IMG/VR virus record: IMGVR_UViG_3300032155_000030
Location: 1 to 25,631 of that record
Strand: one strand, 5' to 3'
From: a virus
Lineage: Duplodnaviria > Caudoviricetes
DNA length: 25,631 bases
Shown: positions 1 through 8,443 of the stretch, piece after piece
Layout of the letters: every line of letters starts with the position of its first letter
How positions within the stretch are numbered: the first letter of the stretch is position 1
Made by a program: the position numbers and the translations under genes
Notes under the pieces: model-generated
Told to the model about the DNA's origin: nothing
Databases searched by the model: none
Seen by the model: only the letters and a program-made list of their open reading frames with translations

Positions 1-741
1 GTTGACCGTGATGGCCTGGCTGTTGCGCGCGCCGAGCGTGATGGCCACCGTGCCGTCCGCGTCGGTCCCGAGGTCCAGCGGCGGCATGCTGTACGCGCCC
101 GTGAGGTCGGCGGCCCCGGCGATGGGGACGTAGGCCCCGTCGTGGTCATGGCCTAGCCCGGCGTAGTCCCCATCGTGGTTGTGCCCGAGCTGCGCGTACC
201 TGTCGTCGTGCAGGTGGCCGATGGACGCGTAGAGCCCGGCAAGGTCGCCGTGGGCGACCGGGTCGGCGTCGTGGGCGGCCAGGGCGGCCTGCATGGCCTG
301 CAGCGTGACCCAGACTTTGGTGGCGTCCACCACCAGGGAGACCTGCGCGGTGTCCGTGACCGGGATGGGGATCAGGATGTCCAGCGAGGTGCCCGAGCCG
401 TCTTGCAGGGGCGGTTTGTAGGTCTCCGGGAAGGCGGCCACGGCGAAGAGGTCGCCGTCGCCGTCGAAGATCCCGACCTCGCGCACCCAGTAGCCGCCGG
501 TCTCGATGGGCACCACGATCTCCACCAGGATGCAGGACGGGTTCTGCGGGTCCAGGCCCACGGAGGAGAGATCGTCGCGCCAGACCTCGCGCACCAGGGC
601 GGTCATGCCGGGCGTGGGCGCGATGACGTCGCCGTTCCCGTCGCCCACGGCCCCCTCGGCCAGGACCACGGCAGGGCCTCCTGCCGCCGCTGCCGTCAGC
701 TTCCCCTTGCCGATGTCCGTCACGTATGCTTCCAGGCTCAT
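1..741 (-). CDS. Tail fibre protein, N-terminal part (P2 gpH-like baseplate-attachment domain); truncated by the window edge
   Basis: Absent from the ORF track because no stop falls in the window. Own translation: ATG at 741 after AAGGAGG, open to base 1: MSLEAYVTDIGKGKLTAAAAGG...GAVGDGNG...EIVVPIETGGYWVREVGIFDGDGDLFAVAAFPETYKP, the typical gpH N-terminal signature; directly follows gpI. Confidence 0.92.
   Translation of the reverse strand, partial: MSLEAYVTDIGKGKLTAAAAGGPAVVLAEGAVGDGNGDVIAPTPGMTALVREVWRDDLSSVGLDPQNPSCILVEIVVPIETGGYWVREVGIFDGDGDLFAVAAFPETYKPPLQDGSGTSLDILIPIPVTDTAQVSLVVDATKVWVTLQAMQAALAAHDADPVAHGDLAGLYASIGHLHDDRYAQLGHNHDGDYAGLGHDHDGAYVPIAGAADLTGAYSMPPLDLGTDADGTVAITLGARNSQAITVN
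130..231 (-). repeat. Three degenerate 33-bp (11-aa) coding repeats YAxxGHxHDxx in the tail fibre
   Basis: YASIGHLHDDR / YAQLGHNHDGD / YAGLGHDHDGA / Y, with Tyr codons starting at 231, 198, 165 and 132. Confidence 0.85.
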
Positions 742-750
742 GCTGCCTCC

Positions 751-1428
751 TTAGATGGCGTTTGCCGCCGCGCGGGTGCGCACGGCGATGTAGGCGGCCA
801 CGCCCGCGGCCAGGCGCAGGCGGGCCGGACCCGTGCCGCCCGCGCGGGACACGGCAGGGATGTAGCGGACCTTGAGATTCTGCACCGTGGCCGCGCCCAC
901 GCGCAGGGGAACCGTCACGCTGCCGGCCAGCTCCACTGCCGTGCCGTCCAGGTGCGAGCGCACGTTCTTCATGGCCAGGGCCGCGGCCAGGGCCTTGCGC
1001 TGCGTGTCCAGGGACAGCCCGGCCCCAGCCACGGCGAGGCGCAGGCGGAAACGGCCCGGCTCCCCGCTGAACTCGAACCACTCGCGCACCCTGGCCGTGG
1101 TCCCGGCCGCCGTGCCTGCCGCGTCCTCCACGGCCCAGGGCGTGCCCTTCTTGCGGTGCCAGAGCAGCAGCTTCTTCACCGTGGCCCGCTTGGCGGCCAG
1201 CGAGGCGTCGGGATCCCAGAAGTCGGCGCTAAACTGCTGCGCCAGGAGCGAGAGCGCGGGCTCGACCAGCTCGTCTATGCGGGAGTAGATCAGGCACAGG
1301 CGGGCATCCGAGGCCAGGCGGGCCAGCTCGCCGTCCGCCGCCTCGCCCGCGGCCTGGACCGCAGGATCGCCGGAGATGGACGGCGGCAGCAGGTCCAGGA
1401 AAGGAACGTCGCCGATGCGGCTGGCCAT
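751..1428 (-). CDS. Baseplate/tail protein I (P2 gpI-like)
   Basis: LLPPSI, IYSRIDEL..LSLLAQQF, HRKKGTPWAV, VREWFEFSGEPGRF, KNVRSHL motifs; located between gpJ and the fibre. Confidence 0.92.
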   Translation of the reverse strand: MASRIGDVPFLDLLPPSISGDPAVQAAGEAADGELARLASDARLCLIYSRIDELVEPALSLLAQQFSADFWDPDASLAAKRATVKKLLLWHRKKGTPWAVEDAAGTAAGTTARVREWFEFSGEPGRFRLRLAVAGAGLSLDTQRKALAAALAMKNVRSHLDGTAVELAGSVTVPLRVGAATVQNLKVRYIPAVSRAGGTGPARLRLAAGVAAYIAVRTRAAANAI

Positions 1429-2547
1429 CTATTCGTCCTCCACGCCGCCGTAGAGCACGGTGCGCGCGCCGTCCTGGGCCACCTGGTGCGCGTCGAGGGC
1501 GAGATGGAGCGGGGCGCGGATCTCCACGCGCTTGGCCCCGGCCTCGCGCACGCGGCGGGCCAGCTCCGTGGGGTTGTGGTCGCGCCCCAGCCTGGCGCGC
1601 TGCCAGGCGCGGTACGCGTCCACTGCCGCCTCGACCGACGCCTGGACCATGGAGGCCAGGGCGGCGGAGTCGCGGCCCAGCCACCAGGTGAGGTCCACGT
1701 CGCAGACCACGGCCTCGGGCGGCAGCACGCTCACCTGGTCCGTGAGGGGCCTCGCGTCGCGGGCGTTGACCGCGGCTTCCACCAGGTCCAGGTACTCCTG
1801 CCCGGGCAGGCCGCCGTCCGCGAGCAGGGGATAGACCCGTACCTGCACGGGCGAGGGCGAGACCACGGCCACGTCCGCGATGTCCTGGTGCGCGGAGAGC
1901 GCCCAGAAGCGGTAGGCCCCCTCTGGTCCGGCCACGGAGAACGACTCCGGGGCCAGGGCGATGCGCTCGCGGTAGCGGTCGTCGCTCTCCGCGTCCGCGC
2001 CGCCCAGGGATTGCGTGGTGTTGGCCACGGCCGCGATCCAGGAGAGCGGGTCCACGAGCCGGGCGATCTGCCCGGCCACGTAGCCGTTGCCCGCCGCGCC
2101 AAACTCCTGGCACACGGCGGACACGTCCACGAAGAGCGCTCCGGAGGGGATCACGGCCGAGGCGGCGGTGGCGAACATGAGCTGGCCGTCCGGCGTGGCC
2201 CTGGTCCCGGCCGGGACGGTCACGGCGAAGGCCAGGGCCGAGGAGAGGGAGAAGCGCAGGGTGGTGCGGGCCGCGAACGCGGGCAGCCTGGCCGCGCCCA
2301 CCAGCGCGCCCAGGTGGTCCAGGCGCGGCCCGGTGGCGTAAGCCAGCAGGTTCTGGCGCGCGGACCAGTCCGCCTCCTGGCGGGCCAGGCAGATCTCCAG
2401 GGCCACGGCCTCCAGGAAGAGGCGCACCGGGTCTCCCGGATAGAGGGTGCGGCCCGAGACCGTCTCGTAGGTGGAGAAGAGGCGCGCCTCCACGGTCCTG
2501 GGGTCGGCGTCGATGAAGGAGACAGCGGGCAGGGCGGACAGGTTCAC
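1429..2547 (-). CDS. Baseplate J/gp47 wedge protein
   Basis: True start likely GTG 2547, overlapping the gpW stop; QNLLAYATGPRLDHLG, GGADAESDDRYRERI, SFSVAGPEGAYRFWA, RPLTDQV motifs. Confidence 0.93.
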   Translation of the reverse strand: MNLSALPAVSFIDADPRTVEARLFSTYETVSGRTLYPGDPVRLFLEAVALEICLARQEADWSARQNLLAYATGPRLDHLGALVGAARLPAFAARTTLRFSLSSALAFAVTVPAGTRATPDGQLMFATAASAVIPSGALFVDVSAVCQEFGAAGNGYVAGQIARLVDPLSWIAAVANTTQSLGGADAESDDRYRERIALAPESFSVAGPEGAYRFWALSAHQDIADVAVVSPSPVQVRVYPLLADGGLPGQEYLDLVEAAVNARDARPLTDQVSVLPPEAVVCDVDLTWWLGRDSAALASMVQASVEAAVDAYRAWQRARLGRDHNPTELARRVREAGAKRVEIRAPLHLALDAHQVAQDGARTVLYGGVEDE

Positions 2548-2876
2548 GCGTCGCCTCCGAGGATTTGCAGGTGGACACGGGGGATCAGGCGGCCGTCCAC
2601 GGCCCCGGCCTCGTCGCGCCGGAAGTCCACGGAGGCGATGCGGGCGCGGGGCTCCCAGCGCCGCACGGCGGCCGAGGCCTCGCCCGTGTACACGGCCATG
2701 GCCTCGGGCAGGGGCAGGTCGAGGAGCTCGATGCGGATGCCGAAGGTGCGGTCCAGCGGCACGGAGCCGCGTGGCGTGGAGAGGATCACGCGCACGTTCT
2801 GCAGGATCTCCTCCACGCCCGAGGCCCCGAGGTTCAGGGCGGCAGGGGCGGCGGTGTCGAGGACGTACTCTGCCAT
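2544..2876 (-). CDS. Baseplate gpW/gp25 family protein
   Basis: EEILQNVRVILSTPRGSVPLDRTFG and RRWEPRA motifs; AGGAG RBS. Confidence 0.92.
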   Translation of the reverse strand: MAEYVLDTAAPAALNLGASGVEEILQNVRVILSTPRGSVPLDRTFGIRIELLDLPLPEAMAVYTGEASAAVRRWEPRARIASVDFRRDEAGAVDGRLIPRVHLQILGGDA

Positions 2877-2885
2877 GGGCGGCTC

Positions 2886-3953
2886 CTAGTGCCTCAGGTC
2901 CGTGCGCATGCCGCCGGAGTAGGAATCGCGCGCCGCCTGGTTCCAGTCCGTGGCGGCCGTGCGCACGGCGGGCCGCTTGCGCACGGCGGACGTGGCCGGG
3001 GGGCGGGAGCGGGAGAGGATCACGGACCCGCCCTCTGGTTCCCAGTGCTCCACGAACGAGAGCTTGACCTCGGCCACCAGGATCTCGCCCGTGCCGCCGA
3101 GGCGTTTGACCGCTTCGTCCAGCGACTGCAGGACGAAGTTCCCGAAGGCGCGGCCACCGATGGCCAGGGGCTGGTGTTCCCGCGCTGCCTGCGCCTGTTC
3201 GAGCTGGGCGATGCGGGCCTCGGGGTCGCACCAGTTGCGGTCGAGCTTCACCGAGATCTCGATCTCCCACAGCTCCAGACCCACGGACTGCAGCAGGGGG
3301 CGACCGTTCAGGGTCTCGTGCCGGGCATACGTGGCCGAGCGCTTGCGCGACAGGGCGTGCAAAGTGAAGACGTCCTGGGCCGAGACCTCGAAGGCCAGAT
3401 CCCCGAACGCGCCGATGCGCGCCGTGCGCTTGGGGGAGTTGGCGAAAAGCTCGGAGGCTGCGGGGGCGGAATACCCGAAACCCGGAGGGAGCATGGGATT
3501 GCCCTGAAGATCGGCGTCCTGCACGTTGGCTGCGGCCCAGGTGTCGATGAGGGCCAGGGACTGCTGCGCCAAAAAGGCCACGTCTCCTCCGGCCTGGGCC
3601 GCGAGGAACGAGAAGAGCCTGCTGCGCAGCGCCGGGCTGGTCCACAGCGCCCAACCGTTGAGATTCGAGATGTCCATCTTGCCGGACATGACCAGGAGGG
3701 TGAAGGCGTAGGCGTCCTCGGCGCGGATGCCTGCCTGCAGCGCCAGGCGCTGCAGCGCCCCGGATTCGCGGATGATGCCGCGAAACAGCAGGTCGAGGGA
3801 GCGGGCCGTGGCCGGGTCCAGGACCAGCCCCTGCGAGGCGGCCATGGTCTGCATCGCCTGGTGCGATTGGCTGGGGGACAGCTCCAGCGCCAGGCCCTGT
3901 TCGAGGAGCAGATCCATGGTCATGGCCCGCAGTTCCGGAGATATGTTCGTCAT
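2886..3953 (-). CDS. P2 GpU-like tail tube initiator with large N-terminal and shorter C-terminal extensions
   Basis: Residues from ~3416 to ~3047 (IGAFGDLAFEV...YARHETLNGRPLLQSVG...PLAIGGRAFGNFVLQS...VKLSFVEH) look like GpU; the start overlaps the gpV stop (ATGA) with a GGAGG RBS. Confidence 0.8.
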   Translation of the reverse strand: MTNISPELRAMTMDLLLEQGLALELSPSQSHQAMQTMAASQGLVLDPATARSLDLLFRGIIRESGALQRLALQAGIRAEDAYAFTLLVMSGKMDISNLNGWALWTSPALRSRLFSFLAAQAGGDVAFLAQQSLALIDTWAAANVQDADLQGNPMLPPGFGYSAPAASELFANSPKRTARIGAFGDLAFEVSAQDVFTLHALSRKRSATYARHETLNGRPLLQSVGLELWEIEISVKLDRNWCDPEARIAQLEQAQAAREHQPLAIGGRAFGNFVLQSLDEAVKRLGGTGEILVAEVKLSFVEHWEPEGGSVILSRSRPPATSAVRKRPAVRTAATDWNQAARDSYSGGMRTDLRH

Positions 3954-4684
3954 GCGCCGCCTCCGGCCAGGGTGCCGTTGATCGGCGCGTCCACGGTGAG
4001 CGATCCGGCGTGGATCGCGGTCACCTGGAGCGTTCCGTTCAGGACGTAATTGCCCGTGTGGTCGGTGTCGCAGTCCTTGCTCTCGCTGCCGTGGCCGTTT
4101 TGCCCGGCGGCGGAGAGCGCGCCCCGCAGCACGATCTGCCCTGCGTCCAGGATGACGCGGGCGGCGCGCAGGGTGGCGTCGCCCCCGGCCTGCAGCGTGG
4201 CGTCTGCCGCCACCTGGGCCGAGAGCGCCCCGCCCACGTCGAGCCGGGCGTCGCCGCTGCAGGCGAGGAGTATCTCCCCGGCCACGTTGCCCGTGAGCCT
4301 GTGCGCGGCGCGGTCGTATTCAAGGACCGTGCCGTCCGCGAAGTGCAGGCGCGCCTTGTCCTGGTCCGGCACGGGCACGGGATCGGCAGAGGAGTACAGC
4401 GCGCCCAGGACCACGCCGTCCTCGCGACCGAAGGGCAAAAAGAGGCAGGCCACGTGCTCGCCCACGTCGGGCATCCAGTAGCACTGGTCCCTGCCGGTGC
4501 GGTGGTGCAGCACGGCCAGCTCTGCCGTGACCAGGGGCGCGTCGCCCGCGCCGCCCGCCCGCGCGTCGGCCAGGCGCACGCGCACCGTGCCGCGTCCGGG
4601 ATAGGTGGCCGTGACTTCGCCTAGGCGCAGGAAGCGGTTGAGGCGGGCGTTCAGGTCCTCGATCTGGCGTTTGTCCCCGTGCAT
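3950..4684 (-). CDS. Baseplate central spike (gpV/gp45 family)
   Basis: Start ATG 4684 overlaps the gpD stop; OB-fold motif WMPDVGEHVACLFLPFGREDGVVLGALYS, FADGTVLEYD, then beta-helix-like 8-residue repeats. Confidence 0.92.
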   Translation of the reverse strand: MHGDKRQIEDLNARLNRFLRLGEVTATYPGRGTVRVRLADARAGGAGDAPLVTAELAVLHHRTGRDQCYWMPDVGEHVACLFLPFGREDGVVLGALYSSADPVPVPDQDKARLHFADGTVLEYDRAAHRLTGNVAGEILLACSGDARLDVGGALSAQVAADATLQAGGDATLRAARVILDAGQIVLRGALSAAGQNGHGSESKDCDTDHTGNYVLNGTLQVTAIHAGSLTVDAPINGTLAGGGA

Positions 4685-5709
4685 CAGTACCTCAGCGCCG
4701 TGCGCAGGTTGATTGTGGTGCGGTAGCCGCTGCGGCGGGTGAGCTCGTGCACCGCCTTGGAGATCACGTAGGCGCGGTCCATGCCGCCAAAGCCCTCCAG
4801 GGCCACGCAACAGCCAGCGCGCAGGCGCGGGTCGCCCATGAGCTCGAAGCTCGCCTCGAACTCCTTCTGATTCTTGCCGCGCAGCTTGTGCCGCGCCAGG
4901 CTCCGCGCCTGGGCTGGCGATTCCACGCGCTCGCCCACCTGCAGGGTCGCGCCCACGTCCGGCGCGTCCTCGGGCGCGACCTCGGCCTCTGTGAGCCGCC
5001 GCGTGGCCGGGTCGTGGAAGGAGACGCGCGCCTTCTTGGCCAGGCCGTGGTGCTTGGCCTTCACGCTCCAGGAGGAGATGGCCGTGTCGCCCCGGCGCAG
5101 CACGGCCACGGTGGGCCCGGCATCGTAGTCACCGGCGGAGAAGAGGATCAGGCGACCGTCGCTCGCTTTCAGCGACCGCCCGGCCTGCTCGGCCAGGCGC
5201 TGCAGGAAGGCCAGGTCCGTCTCCTCGGTTTGGTCCAGGCGGGAGAACGGCATGTCCTCGCCATGCAGCACAGGCGTGAGGCCGTGCTCCGAGGCGATGT
5301 CGCGCGCCACGCGGTGCAGGCTGGCCGCCTCCCAGGCGCGCGAGCGCGCCTCCCAGCGGATGGCCTTGGAGACCGGCGCGGCCACGCCCTTGAGCGAGAC
5401 CGTGTCGCCGCCCATGCCGCCGCGCAGCTCCAGCTCGTCGAGCTCGAAGGAGCCGCAGGAGAGCGCAAGGTCGCGCCCGGCAGCCGCCCAGTCGCGGCAG
5501 ACGATGGTGGCGGCCATGCGCATGCCCCGGCTCGGCTCCCAGCGACCGCGCCAGAGCCCGGCGCGATCTTCAAGCGTTACGTCAAGATCGTCCGCCGTGC
5601 CGTGCTCGTTGTCCGTGTACGTGGCCGAGACCAGCGCCCCGGCCACGATACCGGAGACGTTGCGGCCCGAGAGCTCGAGCAGGAGGTCTGCGGTTCTTAC
5701 GAGAGCCAC
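4684..5709 (-). CDS. Baseplate hub protein (P2 gpD / Mu gpP-like)
   Basis: TYTDNEHGTADDLDVTLED, GSFELDELE, RLDQTEETDLAFLQRL, GDPRLRAG, GYRTTINL motifs. Confidence 0.92.
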   Translation of the reverse strand: MALVRTADLLLELSGRNVSGIVAGALVSATYTDNEHGTADDLDVTLEDRAGLWRGRWEPSRGMRMAATIVCRDWAAAGRDLALSCGSFELDELELRGGMGGDTVSLKGVAAPVSKAIRWEARSRAWEAASLHRVARDIASEHGLTPVLHGEDMPFSRLDQTEETDLAFLQRLAEQAGRSLKASDGRLILFSAGDYDAGPTVAVLRRGDTAISSWSVKAKHHGLAKKARVSFHDPATRRLTEAEVAPEDAPDVGATLQVGERVESPAQARSLARHKLRGKNQKEFEASFELMGDPRLRAGCCVALEGFGGMDRAYVISKAVHELTRRSGYRTTINLRTALRY

Positions 5710-5903
5710 GGCGGCGCGGCCTCCTCGGTCCGGTTGGCGGGCAGTGCGGGCACGGTGAGGACCTCCCCGCCCCGGAACGCGACCACGCCGATGAAGGCGG
5801 GGTTGGCGTCGAGCAGGAGGTGGAAAAGGGTCTCGTCGCCCCAGAGGCGGAAGGCCAGCATGTCCGGCGTTTCGCCCGCGCGGGCCGTGACGGCATCAGG
5901 CAT
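5697..5903 (-). CDS. Tail protein X (P2 gpX, LysM-like)
   Basis: 68 aa; ARAGETPDMLAFRLWGDE...LLDANP...LTVPALP...PPW; lies between tape measure and gpD. Confidence 0.9.
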   Translation of the reverse strand: MPDAVTARAGETPDMLAFRLWGDETLFHLLLDANPAFIGVVAFRGGEVLTVPALPANRTEEAAPPWLS

Positions 5904-8238
5904 AGCGCAGCCGCTCCTCCCGCTCGCCCAGGCGCTGCATGAGCTCGGCGAAGCGGCCCTCGGACTCGCGCAGGGCCTGCTCGGCCTGGCCGCGCACGTC
6001 GCTGCCCGCGCCGTTGATGGTGAGCTGCGGGGCGTAGGTGATCTGCATGGCCTGGCTGGCTGCGCCAGCGCCGCCCCTGGCCCCTGGGCCGCCCTGCCCG
6101 CCGGGGAGCAGCCCGGCCCAGGCGCTGGCCGAGGCGGCCCCGGCGGCCATGGTCTCGGGGATGGCGCGGCCCGCCTCCGTGAGCCGGGAGAAGGGGCCGC
6201 GCCGGGCGTCGGAATGGGGGATGTAGTCGTCGGCCTGGGCGAAGGAGTCGGCCAGGGCGTCCCCCGGCGCGGAGGCCGAGGAGCGGATCCCGGCGGCCAC
6301 GGTTGCGGGAATGGACTGCCCGCCGCTGAAGAAGGAGATGGCCGAGCCGAGGATGGGCAGCCCCTTGAGGAATTCGCCGACCTCGAGGGCGTCGCGCTTG
6401 AACTTGTCCCAGAACTCGGAGAACCATTTTCCGAGCGGCTCCCAGTTTTCGTAGATCAGCCAGGCCGCCCCGGCGATGGCCGCGCCGATGAGGATGATGG
6501 GGCAGGCGGCGAGCGCCGCGTTCCAGAGCCACTGCGCCGCGGCCACGGCCTTGGTGGCGATGGCCGAGCCGATCTGGGCGTTGCGCAACCAGAGCAGGGC
6601 CTGGCCGAAGCGCAGTGCGCCGCCCGCGACGAAGGTGAAGAGATAGCCCAGGGTGGGGATGGCCGCGCCGAGCAGGAGCGCGCCGCCGAGCACGCCGCCG
6701 AGCACGGTGCCCAGGACGCGGTGCTGCTCGGCGAAGTCCGCCAGGACGCCCAGAGCGCCAGCAATGGCCCCGAACACCTTGGAGATGACGGGCAGGAAGA
6801 GGCGGCCGAACGAGTCCGCGGACTGGCGCACCGCGTCACCCATGGCCCGGTACTGCTGCGTCGTGGCGGCGGAGAACTTGGCGGCCTCCGCGTCCACCAG
6901 GCCGCGCGAGGATTCGCGCACGTCCCGGATGGCGGCGGGCAGCTCCCTGAGACGGCCGAGGAGGGGGACCAGGCCGCGCGCGCCCTCGTCGCCGAAGACC
7001 TCCTGGATGGCCTGGGCCTTGTCGTCCTGGGAGAGGCCGGAAAGGGCCGAGTCGATCTGGCGTAACGTGGCCACCAGGTCGAGCTGGCCGTTTTGGTCGC
7101 GCACGATGGCCGTGTTCCACTCGGCCTGGGCCTTGCCCAGGCCCCGCAGCACGGCGTTCAGGGCCGTGCCCGCCATGGAGCCCTGCAGGCCTGCGCTGTT
7201 CAGCTCGCCGATGACGGCCACGCCCTGGTCGAGCTGCACGTTGTAGCCCGCCATGCCTGCGGCCGCGTACTTCATGGACTCGCCGAGCTGGCCGAAATCC
7301 CTGATCTGATACTTGAACTGTACCTTGGTGAGCAGCTCGCCGATGCGGCCGAACTTCTCCTCGTTGCTGCCGGACATGGACTTGCCCAGGTTGTTGAAGG
7401 TGGTGGCCAGGACCTCGCCCACCTGCTCCGGAGCGCCCGCGGTGATGGCCGAAACCTTGGCCGTGACCGCCGCGCCCACGCGGGCGGCGGCCGCGTCGAG
7501 TCCGGCGGAGGACAGGGCGTACTGGATGTCCATGGCCTGCAGGGAGGTGACCAGGCCCTCGCGGCCCATGGCGCGGGCCGAGGCGCGCGCGTCGGCCATG
7601 GCCCTGTCCTTGTCGGCGGCGTTGATGACCGTGCCGAGCCGCAGCTCTGACTGCTCGTAGGCCGCGGCCTGGACGCCGGGCGCGGCCACGGTCGCGCCCA
7701 TGGCCGCGGCCTCCAGGATCTGGCCGCGCAGTTCGTCGCGGCGGTTGCGGTTGGCCTGCTGTCGCTCCAGGAGCCTGCCCATGCGCTCCTGCATGGCGGC
7801 CGCCCGACCGATCTGGGACGTGAGGTCGCGGTAGCGGGCCGTGAGCTGGGTCGCGCCCTGCCCGGCCCCGGCCATCCGCGCCCGCTGGTCCACGAGCTGC
7901 CTGGACTGCGAGCGCAGGGTGCGGTCGAGCACGGAGACGCGCCGCTCGGCCAGGTCGATCTGCCGGGCAAGCAGGCCGGTCGCGCCGCCCGACGCCTCGG
8001 CCCGTGCCTTGAGCTGCGCGAGGTCGGCCCGCGCCTGGCGCAGCTCGAGGCCTGCAGCCTTGACCTTGCCTTTCAGGGCATCGAAGGACGCGCCCAGCTT
8101 GTAGGCGTCATCGGACCTAAGCCCCTTGACCGTGTCACCTAGTCGCTTGACGTGGCTGCGCGCCGCGCTTAACGAGGAAGAGAACCCGGCCTGGAGCGCG
8201 CCGCCGATGAGGAATGAAAACGTGACTGTCTTGTCCAC
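5896..8238 (-). CDS. Tail tape measure protein (TP901-like core)
   Basis: 780 aa, Ala-rich and helical; core QLGESMKYAA...ELNSAGLQGSMAGTALN, hydrophobic segments, LIYENWE aromatic-repeat region, PHSDARRGPFSRLT near the C-terminus. Confidence 0.95.
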   Translation of the reverse strand: MDKTVTFSFLIGGALQAGFSSSLSAARSHVKRLGDTVKGLRSDDAYKLGASFDALKGKVKAAGLELRQARADLAQLKARAEASGGATGLLARQIDLAERRVSVLDRTLRSQSRQLVDQRARMAGAGQGATQLTARYRDLTSQIGRAAAMQERMGRLLERQQANRNRRDELRGQILEAAAMGATVAAPGVQAAAYEQSELRLGTVINAADKDRAMADARASARAMGREGLVTSLQAMDIQYALSSAGLDAAAARVGAAVTAKVSAITAGAPEQVGEVLATTFNNLGKSMSGSNEEKFGRIGELLTKVQFKYQIRDFGQLGESMKYAAAGMAGYNVQLDQGVAVIGELNSAGLQGSMAGTALNAVLRGLGKAQAEWNTAIVRDQNGQLDLVATLRQIDSALSGLSQDDKAQAIQEVFGDEGARGLVPLLGRLRELPAAIRDVRESSRGLVDAEAAKFSAATTQQYRAMGDAVRQSADSFGRLFLPVISKVFGAIAGALGVLADFAEQHRVLGTVLGGVLGGALLLGAAIPTLGYLFTFVAGGALRFGQALLWLRNAQIGSAIATKAVAAAQWLWNAALAACPIILIGAAIAGAAWLIYENWEPLGKWFSEFWDKFKRDALEVGEFLKGLPILGSAISFFSGGQSIPATVAAGIRSSASAPGDALADSFAQADDYIPHSDARRGPFSRLTEAGRAIPETMAAGAASASAWAGLLPGGQGGPGARGGAGAASQAMQITYAPQLTINGAGSDVRGQAEQALRESEGRFAELMQRLGEREERLRYA
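8147..8175 (+). promoter_or_regulatory. Candidate sigma70-type promoter for the antisense membrane-protein gene
   Basis: TTGACG (8147-8152), 17 bp, TAACGA (8170-8175); the tape measure gene uses rare A/T-rich codons (TTA, CTA) here; the -10 match is weak. Confidence 0.35.
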
Positions 8239-8443
8239 CTGGATCTACCGCCTCTGCGTGCTGGTCCTCTGGGGCCTGCTCGGACGCCTCTTCCTGCCCC
8301 ACCTGAAGGCCGGGGAGGGCGCGGTGCTGGCCGCCTGCATCCTGGGGGCCATGCTCCTGCCCCTGGCCGTGGGCCTTGTGCGTTCTGTCTGGGCCGCTCT
8401 CTTCATGGATCTTCCCTGGGAATCGCCTCCAGCCAGGCGATGA
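8222..8443 (+). CDS. Small counter-oriented membrane protein with 2 predicted TM segments (moron-like)
   Basis: 3' part of track ORF 8126..8443; GTG 8222 follows GAGGA (alternative starts ATG 8207, TTG 8231); strong G/C third-position bias over ~8240-8380; WIYRLCVLVLWGLLGRLFL and AVLAACILGAMLLPLAVGLV; fills the gap between chaperone and tape measure. Confidence 0.7.
   Translation: MTVLSTWIYRLCVLVLWGLLGRLFLPHLKAGEGAVLAACILGAMLLPLAVGLVRSVWAALFMDLPWESPPARR

Noticed and set aside
146-1081. 311-aa minus-strand Arg/Gly/Pro-rich ORF and other off-frame minus ORFs
   Set aside because: Wrong-frame overlaps of gpI and the tail fibre with typical GC frame-artefact composition
175-2889. 904-aa plus-strand ORF, and similar long plus-strand ORFs (4747..7065, 8531..10711, 13956..16865, 19073..20749)
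   Set aside because: Antisense shadows of well-supported minus-strand genes; stops are rare in high-GC DNA and the translations have no recognisable motifs
2548-3654. Apparent long N-terminal extension of baseplate J in the track (likewise for gpV, Rz, gpZ, the HTH gene and 21526..22581)
   Set aside because: Extensions overlap upstream real genes; coupled downstream starts fit better
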